Shown: positions 17,411-26,548, counted from the first letter of the stretch. The stretch is DNA of 64,000 bases from a virus (IMGVR_UViG_3300037418_000775:28636-92635); one strand, 5' to 3'. Numbers and translations are program-made. Notes: generated by a model not told the origin, from the letters alone.

Positions 17411-20400
17411 GTGCTACCAGGTCATAGCGGGCAGCCGCCCAGTAACGTTCACCCCATCCATGGCCCCGGTAACTCCGGGGGTGACGGTGGAACCATTGAT
17501 CCCGGCATACTCGTATCTCCGAACAACCCTCCCGGCAGTGTCACGCGTGGCACGAAGCGGGCTGTTATTGCTTCGGTAGACGATGCGAATAGTCCCAAGT
17601 GGGCTACCGTCCTTATCGAAAACCATATCCCCGGCGAGAGCGGTTACTCTATCCCCGCAGGGTGGGGACCGTTCGCCGCTGGTGGGACGAGTGGGTTCAA
17701 CTACTTCTACAACAACACGAGTGGAGTAGGCGGCTCCTGGGTCCTGGTAGACGCAGACCGCAAGATGATCCTGGCCTTAGACCAGGGCATCTCTACGACG
17801 GCAGCCACACCGTACTACAAGGCCATTGCAGATCACCTGCACTCTGGCAACCTCAACCCGGACGGGTTTACCAATCCGCAGCCCGTGGACCTGAGCGCAG
17901 GGCAGTCGCAGAACGCCCTGCCTTATAACCAGAACTCTAACCCTGTGAAGTCGGTTATCAATTCGAGCGGTCAGACGCTTCTAAACGAATTTCCTGGTAG
18001 TGTTCTGAACTCTGATGGGTCTCTTACCAACGTGGATGGCGTGTCGTCCACGTTGCAGTACCAGATGAGTGCCAGCAAAATCTTCACCGTTGGGGCAGAC
18101 ATCTCCAGCGGCACCACGTCTGGTACCACAGGGCTCTATCTCGGTAACCTTACGAACGGATACGGCATCGAGTGGGCATCTGGAAGCATCTCTCTCGTTA
18201 AGTACGTGAGTGGCGTAAGAACGCTTATTGGGACGAGCACGGCGGTTACCGCAGATACGAACTACCACTCTTACCGCCTGACGATCACTCCTGGGGTGTC
18301 GAACTCCATCGAAGCCTCGGTGGATGGGAATACCTTTGCTGTTCAGGACAACGGCCTGCTTATCAATGGGCCTTTCGGGGTGACCCTCAAGACGGGCAAT
18401 AATGCAGGTAAGGTTCTGCACTACTCGGCCTCCTCTACCCCGATTCACTATGGCGGGCTTCCCCCGCGCATCCTGCCTATCATTATCCCTCCGTGGGTGA
18501 CTTTACCTTCGGACGGGTCCCCCCTCTCTACAGGGATCATCGCTAACCGCCACTTCGGTGGAAGTGCAAACGTGGACGGACTGCCTGACGGTACGACCTA
18601 TGGGAGGCCTCTGCTTACGCGCTTGAACGGCGGTAAGCCGTGGATCGACTTCTCTGAATCCATTCACCTGAATAAGGTGCTGGACAATATCGCAGACGGT
18701 TCAGTTTATGGCAGGCCCTTATTGGCACGTCTGAGTGCAGGGAAGCCGTGGATTGACTTCAGCGAGGCAATCCACGCGAACAAGAATCTCGATAACATCT
18801 CGGATGGTTCGACGTATGGCTCAATCCCGTTGGTGAATATCTCTGGTACCGGAACAGCGAAGCGGGCGCTGATCGACTTCTCGCAGGGCCACGCTAACAA
18901 GAATCTGGACAACGTGAACGATGGCACCGCGTATGCCCGCCCCAAAGCCAGCGAACTCTCTAGCGGTATCGTCACGAGAATCGGTGATGGCGGCGGAACC
19001 AACTACCGCACCTACGCGCATATCGCCGGAGCGATTGATACCTCTAGCCGGGTAGTAGGAAACATCTACGACGGAACTACGGCGCTTACGCCGGGGAACG
19101 TTACCTCGGTCATCACGACTTCTGGAACGGTAGACGTATCCAAGCCGAAGGCTGGTGTCACGCTGCCCCGCAGCGCCCATGATGCCTCCCTGACCAGCGC
19201 GATTGATTCGTCCAGCAGGCTGGTTACTTCGGTGTACGACGGGACTACGTCCCTTACGCCCGCTAACCTCACCAATGCCATAACCAATGCGGGTCTTGTC
19301 AAGGTAGCAAATGCGACCGGGACTCTGCCTCGTGCTAACCACGATTCTTCGCTGACGAACGCTATTGATGCTTCGAGCCGCCTCGTGGGGTCGGTGTACG
19401 ATGGCACCACCGCCCTCACTCCTGGTAATTTGACAGCCGTCATTACCACGGCAGGAACCGTAGATGTATCGAAACCTAAGGCAGGGGTTACCCTGCCACG
19501 GTCGGCTCACGATGCCTCCATCACGAACGCCATCGACACCTCCAGTAGGCTTATCACCTCGATCTATGATGGAACAACCTCGCTTACTCCGGCGAATTTA
19601 ACTAATGTTATCACGAACGCCGGACTCGTCAAAGTGGCTAACGCTACCGGGACACTCCCCAGAGCGAATACCCACTCTTCCATCACCAACGCGATTGACG
19701 CCAGTAGCAATATCGCAAGCACCCCGTTCTCTGGTGGCCTATTGAAGCCCGATGGCTCTCTGACAAACGTCCATAGCGTAAGTAGTGCCTACACCTACAA
19801 TCTCGTAGCCAATCAGCCGATTTCGTTTAGCGCGGACATTGCCATGGGGTCGGGCGGCACGAGCATTGGCCTAATTCTCGGAAACACAACCTACGGGTAC
19901 GGCATCACCTGGGATAACGCAAATCACATCTATATCGCCAAGTGGGTCAACGGTGCCTTCTCGATCATCTCGAATCTTGTGTCCGCTACGTTGGATAACA
20001 ATTTCCATACGCTGCGACTTACCGTAACGGCAGCGACTTCAGGCGGCAACTTGATCGAAGCCTCGATTGACGGCTACGTTCCAAACACGGTGTACGATAG
20101 TTCGGTCTCGCTAATCTCGGGCCCAATCAACGTCATGCTGAATACCGGAAATAGCAGCGGCGTAGTTCGCAACTTCCAGACGTATGTAACGACAAACCAT
20201 TATGGTACTGCCCCTCAGGCGCTGACTACAAACTTTGACTTCAGCGGGATACTTAAGGGCTCTGGGACGATGAACACCAACGTCCCGAACTCCACGGCCT
20301 GGACGACGGACTTCAAGTTGCATTGGTCCTCAATCGGGACGGGGACGTTTACGATGCGGTTCTGGTACGACAACGGTACGTCCTCCACGAACAGTACGAT

Positions 20401-20698
20401 CTGGAGGCCCAACGGCACGACGATCAACTTGGGATATTCGACGCAGAGTTCTCCCTCGGCAAGCCTGACGGGTGTAGCCTCCGGCGCACCCATCTATATG
20501 TTGGCTTACTACCAGGGCGGCATTATGACTGTAACGGCTTCACTCACGTCGTTCTCGCAGTCCACGGTCAATCAGGCTTATGCCGATGGAGGGTACGTTG
20601 CCTTCAACGCGACAACTCAGGCATCTTCACAGATCACAGGAGGAGGTTCTGGGTCTGCCGCTGGCGGCGGTTCGACTCAGCAGCACAATAACTTCTAA
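17411..20698 (+). CDS. Tail fibre / receptor-binding protein with duplicated lectin-like (ConA-like) domains
   Basis: 1095 aa; GTG start with AGGTAAGGA upstream. Two paralogous domains, about 150 aa each, sit at the N- and C-terminal ends (GSLTNV..YGIxW..HxxRLT..IEASxDG). Tandem peptide repeats lie between them. Confidence 0.65.
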   Translation: MLPGHSGQPPSNVHPIHGPGNSGGDGGTIDPGILVSPNNPPGSVTRGTKRAVIASVDDANSPKWATVLIENHIPGESGYSIPAGWGPFAAGGTSGFNYFYNNTSGVGGSWVLVDADRKMILALDQGISTTAATPYYKAIADHLHSGNLNPDGFTNPQPVDLSAGQSQNALPYNQNSNPVKSVINSSGQTLLNEFPGSVLNSDGSLTNVDGVSSTLQYQMSASKIFTVGADISSGTTSGTTGLYLGNLTNGYGIEWASGSISLVKYVSGVRTLIGTSTAVTADTNYHSYRLTITPGVSNSIEASVDGNTFAVQDNGLLINGPFGVTLKTGNNAGKVLHYSASSTPIHYGGLPPRILPIIIPPWVTLPSDGSPLSTGIIANRHFGGSANVDGLPDGTTYGRPLLTRLNGGKPWIDFSESIHLNKVLDNIADGSVYGRPLLARLSAGKPWIDFSEAIHANKNLDNISDGSTYGSIPLVNISGTGTAKRALIDFSQGHANKNLDNVNDGTAYARPKASELSSGIVTRIGDGGGTNYRTYAHIAGAIDTSSRVVGNIYDGTTALTPGNVTSVITTSGTVDVSKPKAGVTLPRSAHDASLTSAIDSSSRLVTSVYDGTTSLTPANLTNAITNAGLVKVANATGTLPRANHDSSLTNAIDASSRLVGSVYDGTTALTPGNLTAVITTAGTVDVSKPKAGVTLPRSAHDASITNAIDTSSRLITSIYDGTTSLTPANLTNVITNAGLVKVANATGTLPRANTHSSITNAIDASSNIASTPFSGGLLKPDGSLTNVHSVSSAYTYNLVANQPISFSADIAMGSGGTSIGLILGNTTYGYGITWDNANHIYIAKWVNGAFSIISNLVSATLDNNFHTLRLTVTAATSGGNLIEASIDGYVPNTVYDSSVSLISGPINVMLNTGNSSGVVRNFQTYVTTNHYGTAPQALTTNFDFSGILKGSGTMNTNVPNSTAWTTDFKLHWSSIGTGTFTMRFWYDNGTSSTNSTIWRPNGTTINLGYSTQSSPSASLTGVASGAPIYMLAYYQGGIMTVTASLTSFSQSTVNQAYADGGYVAFNATTQASSQITGGGSGSAAGGGSTQQHNNF
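18588..18960. repeat. Tandem repeat of about 108 bp (36 aa, about 3.5 copies) inside the fibre gene
   Basis: Peptide copies DG(T/S)xYGRPLLxRLxxGKPWIDFSExIHxNKxLDNIx. Confidence 0.7.
19034..19693. repeat. Tandem repeat of about 165 bp (4 copies, alternating A/B types) inside the fibre gene
   Basis: Peptide copies IDxSSRxVxxxYDGTTxLTPxNxTxxITxxGxVxV..TLPR(S/A)xHDxS(L/I)TxA, repeated four times. Confidence 0.75.
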
Positions 20699-21015
20699 TG
20701 AGACATCGTATTCACGTTTACGCCGCTTCGGCGGACGACATGGAAGCCGCGATGAAGGACGCCGGGGGCGTGGCCTTCGAGTGCTTCCCCTTCGGCGGAA
20801 TAGTGGTCGGGTACATTGATGTACCAGGTCATACGGTGCGTGGTATTCTGCGAAAGGATAGCCGCGTAACTCTCCTGCCGAATCGCCATTCACAGGGAAA
20901 CGACATATCCAAACATGCCGCCGCCCTCAAGATACCTAACGCAAAGACCGCCAGAGATATCTTCTCGGCGGTCTTCAGCGCGACGAATTGGGACGTGTAC
21001 GACCCGGACTTCTAA
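20698..21015 (+). CDS. Hypothetical protein
   Basis: 105 aa; its ATG overlaps the fibre gene stop (TAATGA). Confidence 0.4.
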   Translation: MRHRIHVYAASADDMEAAMKDAGGVAFECFPFGGIVVGYIDVPGHTVRGILRKDSRVTLLPNRHSQGNDISKHAAALKIPNAKTARDIFSAVFSATNWDVYDPDF

Positions 21016-21911
21016 CTAAGGCACCCGTAGCCGCCCTCGAAGTAGGCTCCTGCGGCCATCGGGTTCGATCCACCGTACATACTGCCCTCTATAAACACGA
21101 CTCTCCCATCGGAGGTCTTGAACAGCACTACATCATCAAAGGCTGCCCCGAAGGCATCCAGCGTGATCGATGTCTCGCTATTCGTCCATTGACTGGCCGA
21201 TAGCGTAGACACATCGGGACCATGCGCCAGGGCAACTCCTCCGTTGGGGAAGTACACCGTGGCGTTCTCCGGGCCAGTGATGTAGACATCTGACCCGGTA
21301 GTCATGGCCTGTGGTACTGCGGTGCAATTGGCGTCGAACGTGAATCCCACGGCATCCGGCAACACCGGGGAGCCACCGTTATGCGGGGCGACGAGCGCCA
21401 GACTCAGGATCGCCCACAGGTTATTTGTGGTAGTCACCCCGTTAACAGTGGCGCTGATCGTGCCGCTCTGGTCCTTGGCGTTCGTCTTACCGATCAGAAT
21501 GACGGCAGGACTGGCACTCGGATTCGGATAGGGCGGGTTCGGAGTAGCCTCGACCGATACCGCCGAGGACGTGGTAGTGAAGTCTACCACCGCTCCCGGA
21601 GAGGGCACCGGGCTCACGCTGACCGTAACGTAGGCCGGGGACCCTCCGCCCGCATCGAATGGGCTCTGCCCACCCGTGGGGCTCTGGACTATGACCGTCC
21701 CGGTCAGGGTATCCATCGTTACCCGCGAGGTTTCCGGGCGACGGAGAGCCGCCGCCAGTCCGGCCTGGGACGCAGGCTCCCAATGCAGTTTTAGACTGTA
21801 GTGGGTCGGAGTAGGCGTAGCAACGGGCGGATTCGAGTTAGGCGAGGAGCCTCCGCTCCCACACGCGGCCAGCATCATGGATGCGGCCATAACCATTAAG
21901 AGTTTCTTCAT
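21012..21911 (-). CDS. Lipoprotein (moron; superinfection-exclusion or host-interaction candidate)
   Basis: Signal peptide MKKLLMVMAASMMLAAC with lipobox LAAC; GGAGGG 6 nt upstream of ATG 21911; beta-rich Ser/Thr/Pro-rich mature part; encoded on the opposite strand to its neighbours. Confidence 0.65.
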   Translation of the reverse strand: MKKLLMVMAASMMLAACGSGGSSPNSNPPVATPTPTHYSLKLHWEPASQAGLAAALRRPETSRVTMDTLTGTVIVQSPTGGQSPFDAGGGSPAYVTVSVSPVPSPGAVVDFTTTSSAVSVEATPNPPYPNPSASPAVILIGKTNAKDQSGTISATVNGVTTTNNLWAILSLALVAPHNGGSPVLPDAVGFTFDANCTAVPQAMTTGSDVYITGPENATVYFPNGGVALAHGPDVSTLSASQWTNSETSITLDAFGAAFDDVVLFKTSDGRVVFIEGSMYGGSNPMAAGAYFEGGYGCLS

Positions 21912-21976
21912 ATTGACACCCTCCATAACGTAAGACAGTTATGAGGAGTATAACATACAAGGAAAGGTATAGCAAC

Positions 21977-22234
21977 ATGGAAGTCCCCAACATCGAAGAC
22001 CAACGTCAGGCCCATATCGAGAAGTTCAGCACGGACCTTGCGGCCCTGCTCCAGGAGGCGATTCAGAACATCCCTCTGAGCATGATCCAGAAGGTCGTCG
22101 CGAACCACCAGGTCGATCTGAGCAATCTCTATACGCAGGCCTTACTGCAACAGCAGTTTGCCTCTTTGGGTCAGAGTGCTCAGGAAGCCTCGAAGGTGGT
22201 CGAGGGTATATATGAACCCGCACCTGAATCATAG
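21977..22234 (+). CDS. Hypothetical protein
   Basis: Probable ATG at 21977 with AAGGAAAGG RBS (the track ORF started at 21941). Confidence 0.4.
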   Translation: MEVPNIEDQRQAHIEKFSTDLAALLQEAIQNIPLSMIQKVVANHQVDLSNLYTQALLQQQFASLGQSAQEASKVVEGIYEPAPES

Positions 22235-22682
22235 TGGTCTAGACACCGGAACACAGATACGACACTGTCTCGGTTGTGGGGACCCGTTGCACGACCCTCA
22301 CCGAACTCTCTCCGACCACGTCAATGGGACGTGGCGGCACTACCTCTTTACGGACTACCCGGTCGTTTACGCTACGGACGCTGATGGAAAAACACTAGAA
22401 GGTGTAGTGGCCATCCCCGCCCGGAGAGTCCTCTCGCTCGTGCCTACTCATAACGGTATCTCCTACTGTCTCGACTGCCTCCCGTCCATTCAGGAAACGG
22501 GCTGTGGGGGCTGTGGGGAACCTGTGGATAGACAGGATGAGCACTCCGAATCCGAACTTCTGACCATGAAAGCAGAGGCCCAGGTCAATGGCCCCCTGCG
22601 CTTCGTGGACTGGCATATTGACTGCCTCCCTTCGCCGGAGTTCAATGCGATTCGTCAGGAAAGGCAAGAACGGCAAATCTAA
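22212..22682 (+). CDS. Hypothetical Cys-rich (zinc-binding) protein
   Basis: Motifs CLGCGDP, CLDCLP and CGGCGEP; probable start at ATG 22212. Confidence 0.45.
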   Translation: MNPHLNHSGLDTGTQIRHCLGCGDPLHDPHRTLSDHVNGTWRHYLFTDYPVVYATDADGKTLEGVVAIPARRVLSLVPTHNGISYCLDCLPSIQETGCGGCGEPVDRQDEHSESELLTMKAEAQVNGPLRFVDWHIDCLPSPEFNAIRQERQERQI

Positions 22683-22699
22683 GAAATAGGTAGCCCCCG

Positions 22700-23173
22700 T
22701 TGTTCAACCGCCTCTCGCATCGAGCCCTCGATGCAATCCAACACGTCATATCGTCACCCCACTTCTTCTGGCTCACGATTCTTGTCACAGTAATCTGGAT
22801 GTCGCTCAACATTGTCCTGGTAGTACAGCATCACCGTCCGTTGGACCCGCCTGCTGATTTCTTCCCAGGACTAATCTTGGGCTATTCCCTCATGGCCCTC
22901 TGGGTCGAGAACGCGATGAAGGTCCAGCAGAAGCAACAGCAAGATATGGCCCAACAGCAACTCGATAAGATCGAGGAGTTGGCTAAATGTCTCGTGGATG
23001 GCCAACATACCAGCCTCAACTCACTCGTCGCCCTCCAGAAGATGGCCGAGGAGAACGAAGAACGGGATGCCCTTATTCAGGGGTTAATCTCTGTGGTAGA
23101 CCATACCGTGGATACCGTCGAGCGCACTACGGAAGAAATCCTGCGCCTTCAACAGAAGGAGGTGACCGAGTAG
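22700..23173 (+). CDS. Two-transmembrane protein with C-terminal coiled coil (holin/antiholin or DUF1003-like)
   Basis: TTG start; two hydrophobic helices followed by a Gln-rich coiled coil; a paralogue lies at 25852..26214. Confidence 0.4.
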   Translation: MFNRLSHRALDAIQHVISSPHFFWLTILVTVIWMSLNIVLVVQHHRPLDPPADFFPGLILGYSLMALWVENAMKVQQKQQQDMAQQQLDKIEELAKCLVDGQHTSLNSLVALQKMAEENEERDALIQGLISVVDHTVDTVERTTEEILRLQQKEVTE

Positions 23174-23266
23174 TGTCTGCTGGCGTATCCGCCATGAACC
23201 TGGCGAGACTGGAGAGTATCCAGTCTCGTCTTACACAAATCAAAGAAAAACAAGGACGTTAATATA

Positions 23267-23782
23267 ATGTTAGGACACCTCGTATTTAACGGCCATACGC
23301 GCTTACTCAAAATGTATATCAAGGGTGCGGCAGACCTCGGTAAGCCCGATGGCCTGCTCCACACCATTGATTGTCACGATGTCGGCGTGAACGATGGCAA
23401 ACTCAGCGACCCCTACGGCAATCATTGTAAGTGCCCCCCGGGTGACTACGTCGTGGGCGTTCCGATGGCCTGTGCCACGCGTAACGCTGATGGCACGGTA
23501 ACCCAGCATAACAGCGATGACCCCGCCTATGGCTGCTGGTTCATTCCCCTCTCGGATGCAACCCCGAACGGCGGCTTTGCACAGCACAACCGAGCCGGAA
23601 TCGGTATCCACGGCGGCGGCTCGGACCTCTCTAACCCGTTCGCTCTGCATCAAGGATGGGAGTACACGTACGGGTGTCTGCGCTGTCAGAACGCAGACCT
23701 GGAGCAAGTCCTGGTACCGTTCGTCAACTTCATTCATCAGCACGGCGGCGACGTGACGTTGTCCGTCGTGTGGGAGGACTAG
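23267..23782 (+). CDS. L,D-transpeptidase (YkuD)-fold protein; candidate cell-wall hydrolase or endolysin
   Basis: Motif IGIHGGG(x23)YGCLR matches the His...(S/T)xGC(I/V)R catalytic signature of YkuD domains. Confidence 0.5.
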   Translation: MLGHLVFNGHTRLLKMYIKGAADLGKPDGLLHTIDCHDVGVNDGKLSDPYGNHCKCPPGDYVVGVPMACATRNADGTVTQHNSDDPAYGCWFIPLSDATPNGGFAQHNRAGIGIHGGGSDLSNPFALHQGWEYTYGCLRCQNADLEQVLVPFVNFIHQHGGDVTLSVVWED

Positions 23783-24019
23783 ATGTCTATTCAGCAACTT
23801 GGACAGGCAACTAATACGGGCTTGCAGAGCCCGCATCTGAGTTTCATGGCGGCGGTCGCTGGGGTCGCCGCCATCTCCCAGAGTCCCCAGGACTTCAATC
23901 TGCTCTTTGGTCCGCAACACGGCCCCCAGGCCTACGTTGTGGCCAAGTGGTTTGCAGCCTTCTGTCTGGCCGTAGCGGCCTACGGGAAATCGGTGGTGGG
24001 TGGAGATGCCAAGGCTTAG
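23783..24019 (+). CDS. Small membrane protein (holin-like)
   Basis: 78 aa with two hydrophobic segments, lying within the lysis-like cluster. Confidence 0.4.
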   Translation: MSIQQLGQATNTGLQSPHLSFMAAVAGVAAISQSPQDFNLLFGPQHGPQAYVVAKWFAAFCLAVAAYGKSVVGGDAKA

Positions 24020-24758
24020 TCTGCCAGACTTCTTCCACCACTACCTCGGGTGGGCGATTCTCATCGTGCTCTCGTACTTCTGCATCATCAACCCGATTCT
24101 GAAGCACCTGGACACGGTCGAAACCCATACCTACACAGGCCCGAAGGTTGTGGCAGTGCAACCTACCCCACAGAATGTTACTACCAGGACAGCCGATTAT
24201 GCGGAGAAAGCCATCGCAGACAAAGCCACGATTGCGGCCCTGAAGGGTGAAGTTCTACAACTCAGCGCCTCACAGCGGACCATAGCGAATGCGGTGGAGC
24301 ATCTGGGGGTTAACGCAAAATTAGCAGCCGCCGCCTCTGAAGGACTAAGTCGGCCTGCTCCTAAGGTCGAAACTCTCACCGTGGGAACACAGAGCAAAGT
24401 TGTGGCTCCCTCACCTGGTCCTACCGACGACCAGATCGAGCGTTCGATGAAGAAAGTGCTCGCAGAGAGCACGATCAAGAACGACACGCACGTTACGGTG
24501 GACTGGAAGGATAAACCCGTTTCGCCTATCTTCGCGGCCTACGACTCGGACGGCTCGTCCGGTGTAGGCGTGACGATCAAGAAAGCCCCGTCCTATAACC
24601 TGGATGGCCTCTTCCTGGTCGGCACGAACAGCATGAAGTTAGGTGCAGGCCTGGAGCATCCCATAAAGGGTACAGGTCTCGGGGCAGGCATCAGCCTGAC
24701 CGTAGATAGTCGTACTCATCAGCCGACCTTCGGGTTCTTACTAGGAATACATAATTAG
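24000..24758 (+). CDS. N-terminally membrane-anchored protein (spanin-like candidate)
   Basis: GTG start; N-terminal transmembrane helix, then a coiled-coil region, then a beta-rich C-terminus. Confidence 0.35.
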   Translation: MEMPRLSLPDFFHHYLGWAILIVLSYFCIINPILKHLDTVETHTYTGPKVVAVQPTPQNVTTRTADYAEKAIADKATIAALKGEVLQLSASQRTIANAVEHLGVNAKLAAAASEGLSRPAPKVETLTVGTQSKVVAPSPGPTDDQIERSMKKVLAESTIKNDTHVTVDWKDKPVSPIFAAYDSDGSSGVGVTIKKAPSYNLDGLFLVGTNSMKLGAGLEHPIKGTGLGAGISLTVDSRTHQPTFGFLLGIHN

Positions 24759-24772
24759 GTCGGACGGGTAGA

Positions 24773-24801
24773 TTGACAGGGCCGCAGGTCCCAGGTACAC
24801 T
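24773..24801 (+). promoter_or_regulatory. Sigma70-like promoter TTGACA-N17-TACACT
   Basis: Consensus -35 hexamer; followed by a 7-codon upstream ORF (24859..24882) coupled to the 24879 gene. Confidence 0.35.
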
Positions 24802-24878
24802 TGAGAGAACAGTAACCAACCCCTCCCCATGATAGGGAGGTTCTACTGAGAGGGAGCCATGAAGAAAGACTCGCCACT

Positions 24879-25094
24879 ATGACAGCCCCTCTGTTATCCA
24901 CAGGGGATGCCCTCGTAGACGAATGGGTTGCCCGCGTCTACCGCATCCTCAGGGACAACAACGGCACCGTGCAGCGTTGCCTGGACTGCCCCGAAGAGGA
25001 CTTCGATGCCTTGCCACCACAGTTGCGGGCAGAACTTCGGGAAGTGACTACCGAACTACTACCGGACCTGCTCAAAACCCCTACAGCCGCATAA
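24879..25094 (+). CDS. Hypothetical protein
   Basis: 71 aa; preceded by the coupled mini-uORF MKKDSPL. Confidence 0.4.
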   Translation: MTAPLLSTGDALVDEWVARVYRILRDNNGTVQRCLDCPEEDFDALPPQLRAELREVTTELLPDLLKTPTAA

Positions 25095-25120
25095 TACCCA
25101 GGAACTTGGAATAAGTAAAG

Positions 25121-25150
25121 AAGCCCCCTCGGAAGAGGGGGCTTTTATTC
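25121..25150. terminator. Bidirectional rho-independent terminator between convergent genes
   Basis: Stem AAGCCCCCTC / loop ggaa / GAGGGGGCTT, with a T-run on both strands. Confidence 0.65.
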
Positions 25151-25154
25151 ATTC

Positions 25155-25571
25155 CTACGGGACTGTGACACGAACCGTGCCTAATCCTCCCATGTGCAAC
25201 TCGTCACGGACGAGTGGGGTAACATCGAGAACCCTTCCAGGTTCTCCAGAGCCTGTGTCGTTAACCCGGCACCATGACCGGAAGACGACTTTCTTACCGT
25301 TACGATACGCAATTCGCTCTATCGTGACAACGGCTCCTACGCGAATGGGGGTCCCACCAAGTACGGCACAACGGTGTGCATGAGGATTGTAGTGTTCTCC
25401 GGTAGCGGTTACCGCCGCTGTACCGATCCCGTTACATTCCCCCGGCTCTAAGCAATCGTAGTACGATGCTATGCCTTCGACGTGGTGAGGTCCATTATGC
25501 GCCTTCGCGGGGGTCATGTTAGAAATCACTAGCATGATTCCTAACAAAACTCCCGTGAGGAGTCTTATCAA
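25155..25571 (-). CDS. Secreted RlpA-like double-psi beta-barrel protein (lytic transglycosylase-like)
   Basis: Signal peptide; motifs GIASYY, TATGEHYNP, CA...PIRVGAVVTI and NGKKVVFR..VNDTG, as in RlpA-like DPBB domains. Confidence 0.55.
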   Translation of the reverse strand: MIRLLTGVLLGIMLVISNMTPAKAHNGPHHVEGIASYYDCLEPGECNGIGTAAVTATGEHYNPHAHRCAVLGGTPIRVGAVVTIERIAYRNGKKVVFRSWCRVNDTGSGEPGRVLDVTPLVRDELHMGGLGTVRVTVP

Positions 25572-25591
25572 TACGGACCTCCTTGCTTACT

Positions 25592-25858
25592 TTAATTGGT
25601 CGGGTCGTTACTGTAGTCTACTACAGTTTTGGGTTTATCGTCAAGGTTGAGCAGAGCCGATTTCAACTCTGACTCCTTGATCATCAGGACAATACTCGGG
25701 TCAGGAGCATCATTCCCATCAATAGGCCCGTCGAGGGGCTCGCCGTCGTAGAAGACGACCATGTCTGCTACCTTCGGGACAGACACCCGCTCAATCCAGA
25801 GCGACTGACCCATCTTGACAAAATAGCGTCCATCTTGACGCGGTAGTAACTCTAACAC
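25592..25858 (-). CDS. Hypothetical protein
   Basis: 88-aa ORF within the leftward operon. Confidence 0.4.
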   Translation of the reverse strand: MLELLPRQDGRYFVKMGQSLWIERVSVPKVADMVVFYDGEPLDGPIDGNDAPDPSIVLMIKESELKSALLNLDDKPKTVVDYSNDPTN

Positions 25859-26214
25859 GCTAACCGATTCTCCATTGACTGCGGTGGTTCTATGACCGGA
25901 GGGTCAGCCTGACGGAACGGGGCACCCCTCATCCAGGCATGAACGGTCTGGGCATGAGTATCGCTGATATGCTGCTTAAGGTCTTCGTGACGGTCCTCGT
26001 GGGCCTCATGTCCCCGCTTCTGCGCCACCGCCAGCACGAAGATGAGGATGAGTTGAATCACGTTCGAGATCGTCAACAGGAAGACGAACGGGAACGGGTC
26101 CATACGGGTAACCGTCCCGACCACAATCCAGACGACCTGGACGATGATAGCGGCTACCAGGGCAATCGGTGCGGAGATAATCTCCTCCACCTTCTTGCAG
26201 AAGTTCTCTATCAC
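25852..26214 (-). CDS. Two-transmembrane protein, paralogue of the 22700..23173 product
   Basis: Hydrophobic N-terminal half, His/Glu-rich C-terminus. Confidence 0.45.
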   Translation of the reverse strand: MIENFCKKVEEIISAPIALVAAIIVQVVWIVVGTVTRMDPFPFVFLLTISNVIQLILIFVLAVAQKRGHEAHEDRHEDLKQHISDTHAQTVHAWMRGAPFRQADPPVIEPPQSMENRLAC

Positions 26215-26432
26215 AGGGGTACTCCTTGCGTTACGATGTCGTATGCCGTGATGCCAGCGGCATCATCAGGCAGTTCGAGATAATAGGCTACCAGGTCTGG
26301 ACTGACGACCTGCATGGCCAAAGCCTTGGCATCTGCCGGGGTGGTGATCTGCACGAACTGAGACTTGAGGGAATCCAGATTTACTGGATTCCCCTTGGTC
26401 TTGGCTTCGGTGACGAAGAGGGCGGCCTTCAT
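26211..26432 (-). CDS. Hypothetical protein
   Basis: 73 aa; its ATG overlaps the TGA of the upstream mini-ORF (ATGA). Confidence 0.45.
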   Translation of the reverse strand: MKAALFVTEAKTKGNPVNLDSLKSQFVQITTPADAKALAMQVVSPDLVAYYLELPDDAAGITAYDIVTQGVPL

Positions 26433-26548
26433 CGTTTACCTAATCTATCGGCGCACTTATTACAGTAGTTCTTAGGTCCGCCTTTTGGGTCGTACCAATA
26501 CGTCTTACCACAGTCGTTACAGGTACGCTGAAGAAGATTAGACTCCAC
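26429..26548 (-). CDS. Mini zinc-ribbon protein (about 39 aa)
   Basis: GTG-MESNLLQRTCNDCGKTYWYDPKGGPKNYCNKCADRLGKR; CxxC..CxxC pattern; overlaps the RNR 3-prime end; translationally coupled to the downstream gene. Confidence 0.35.
   Translation of the reverse strand: MESNLLQRTCNDCGKTYWYDPKGGPKNYCNKCADRLGKR

Noticed and set aside
18588-19693. Possible CRISPR array, suggested by regularly spaced direct repeats
   Set aside because: The repeats are in-frame, protein-coding units of 108 bp and 165 bp inside the fibre ORF. They have no short unique spacers, no leader and no cas genes.
17411-20698. Diversity-generating retroelement targeting the fibre C-terminal lectin-like domain
   Set aside because: No reverse transcriptase gene and no template repeat with adenine-specific mismatches exist anywhere in the window. 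The two lectin-like domains differ at most positions, not only at adenine-derived sites.
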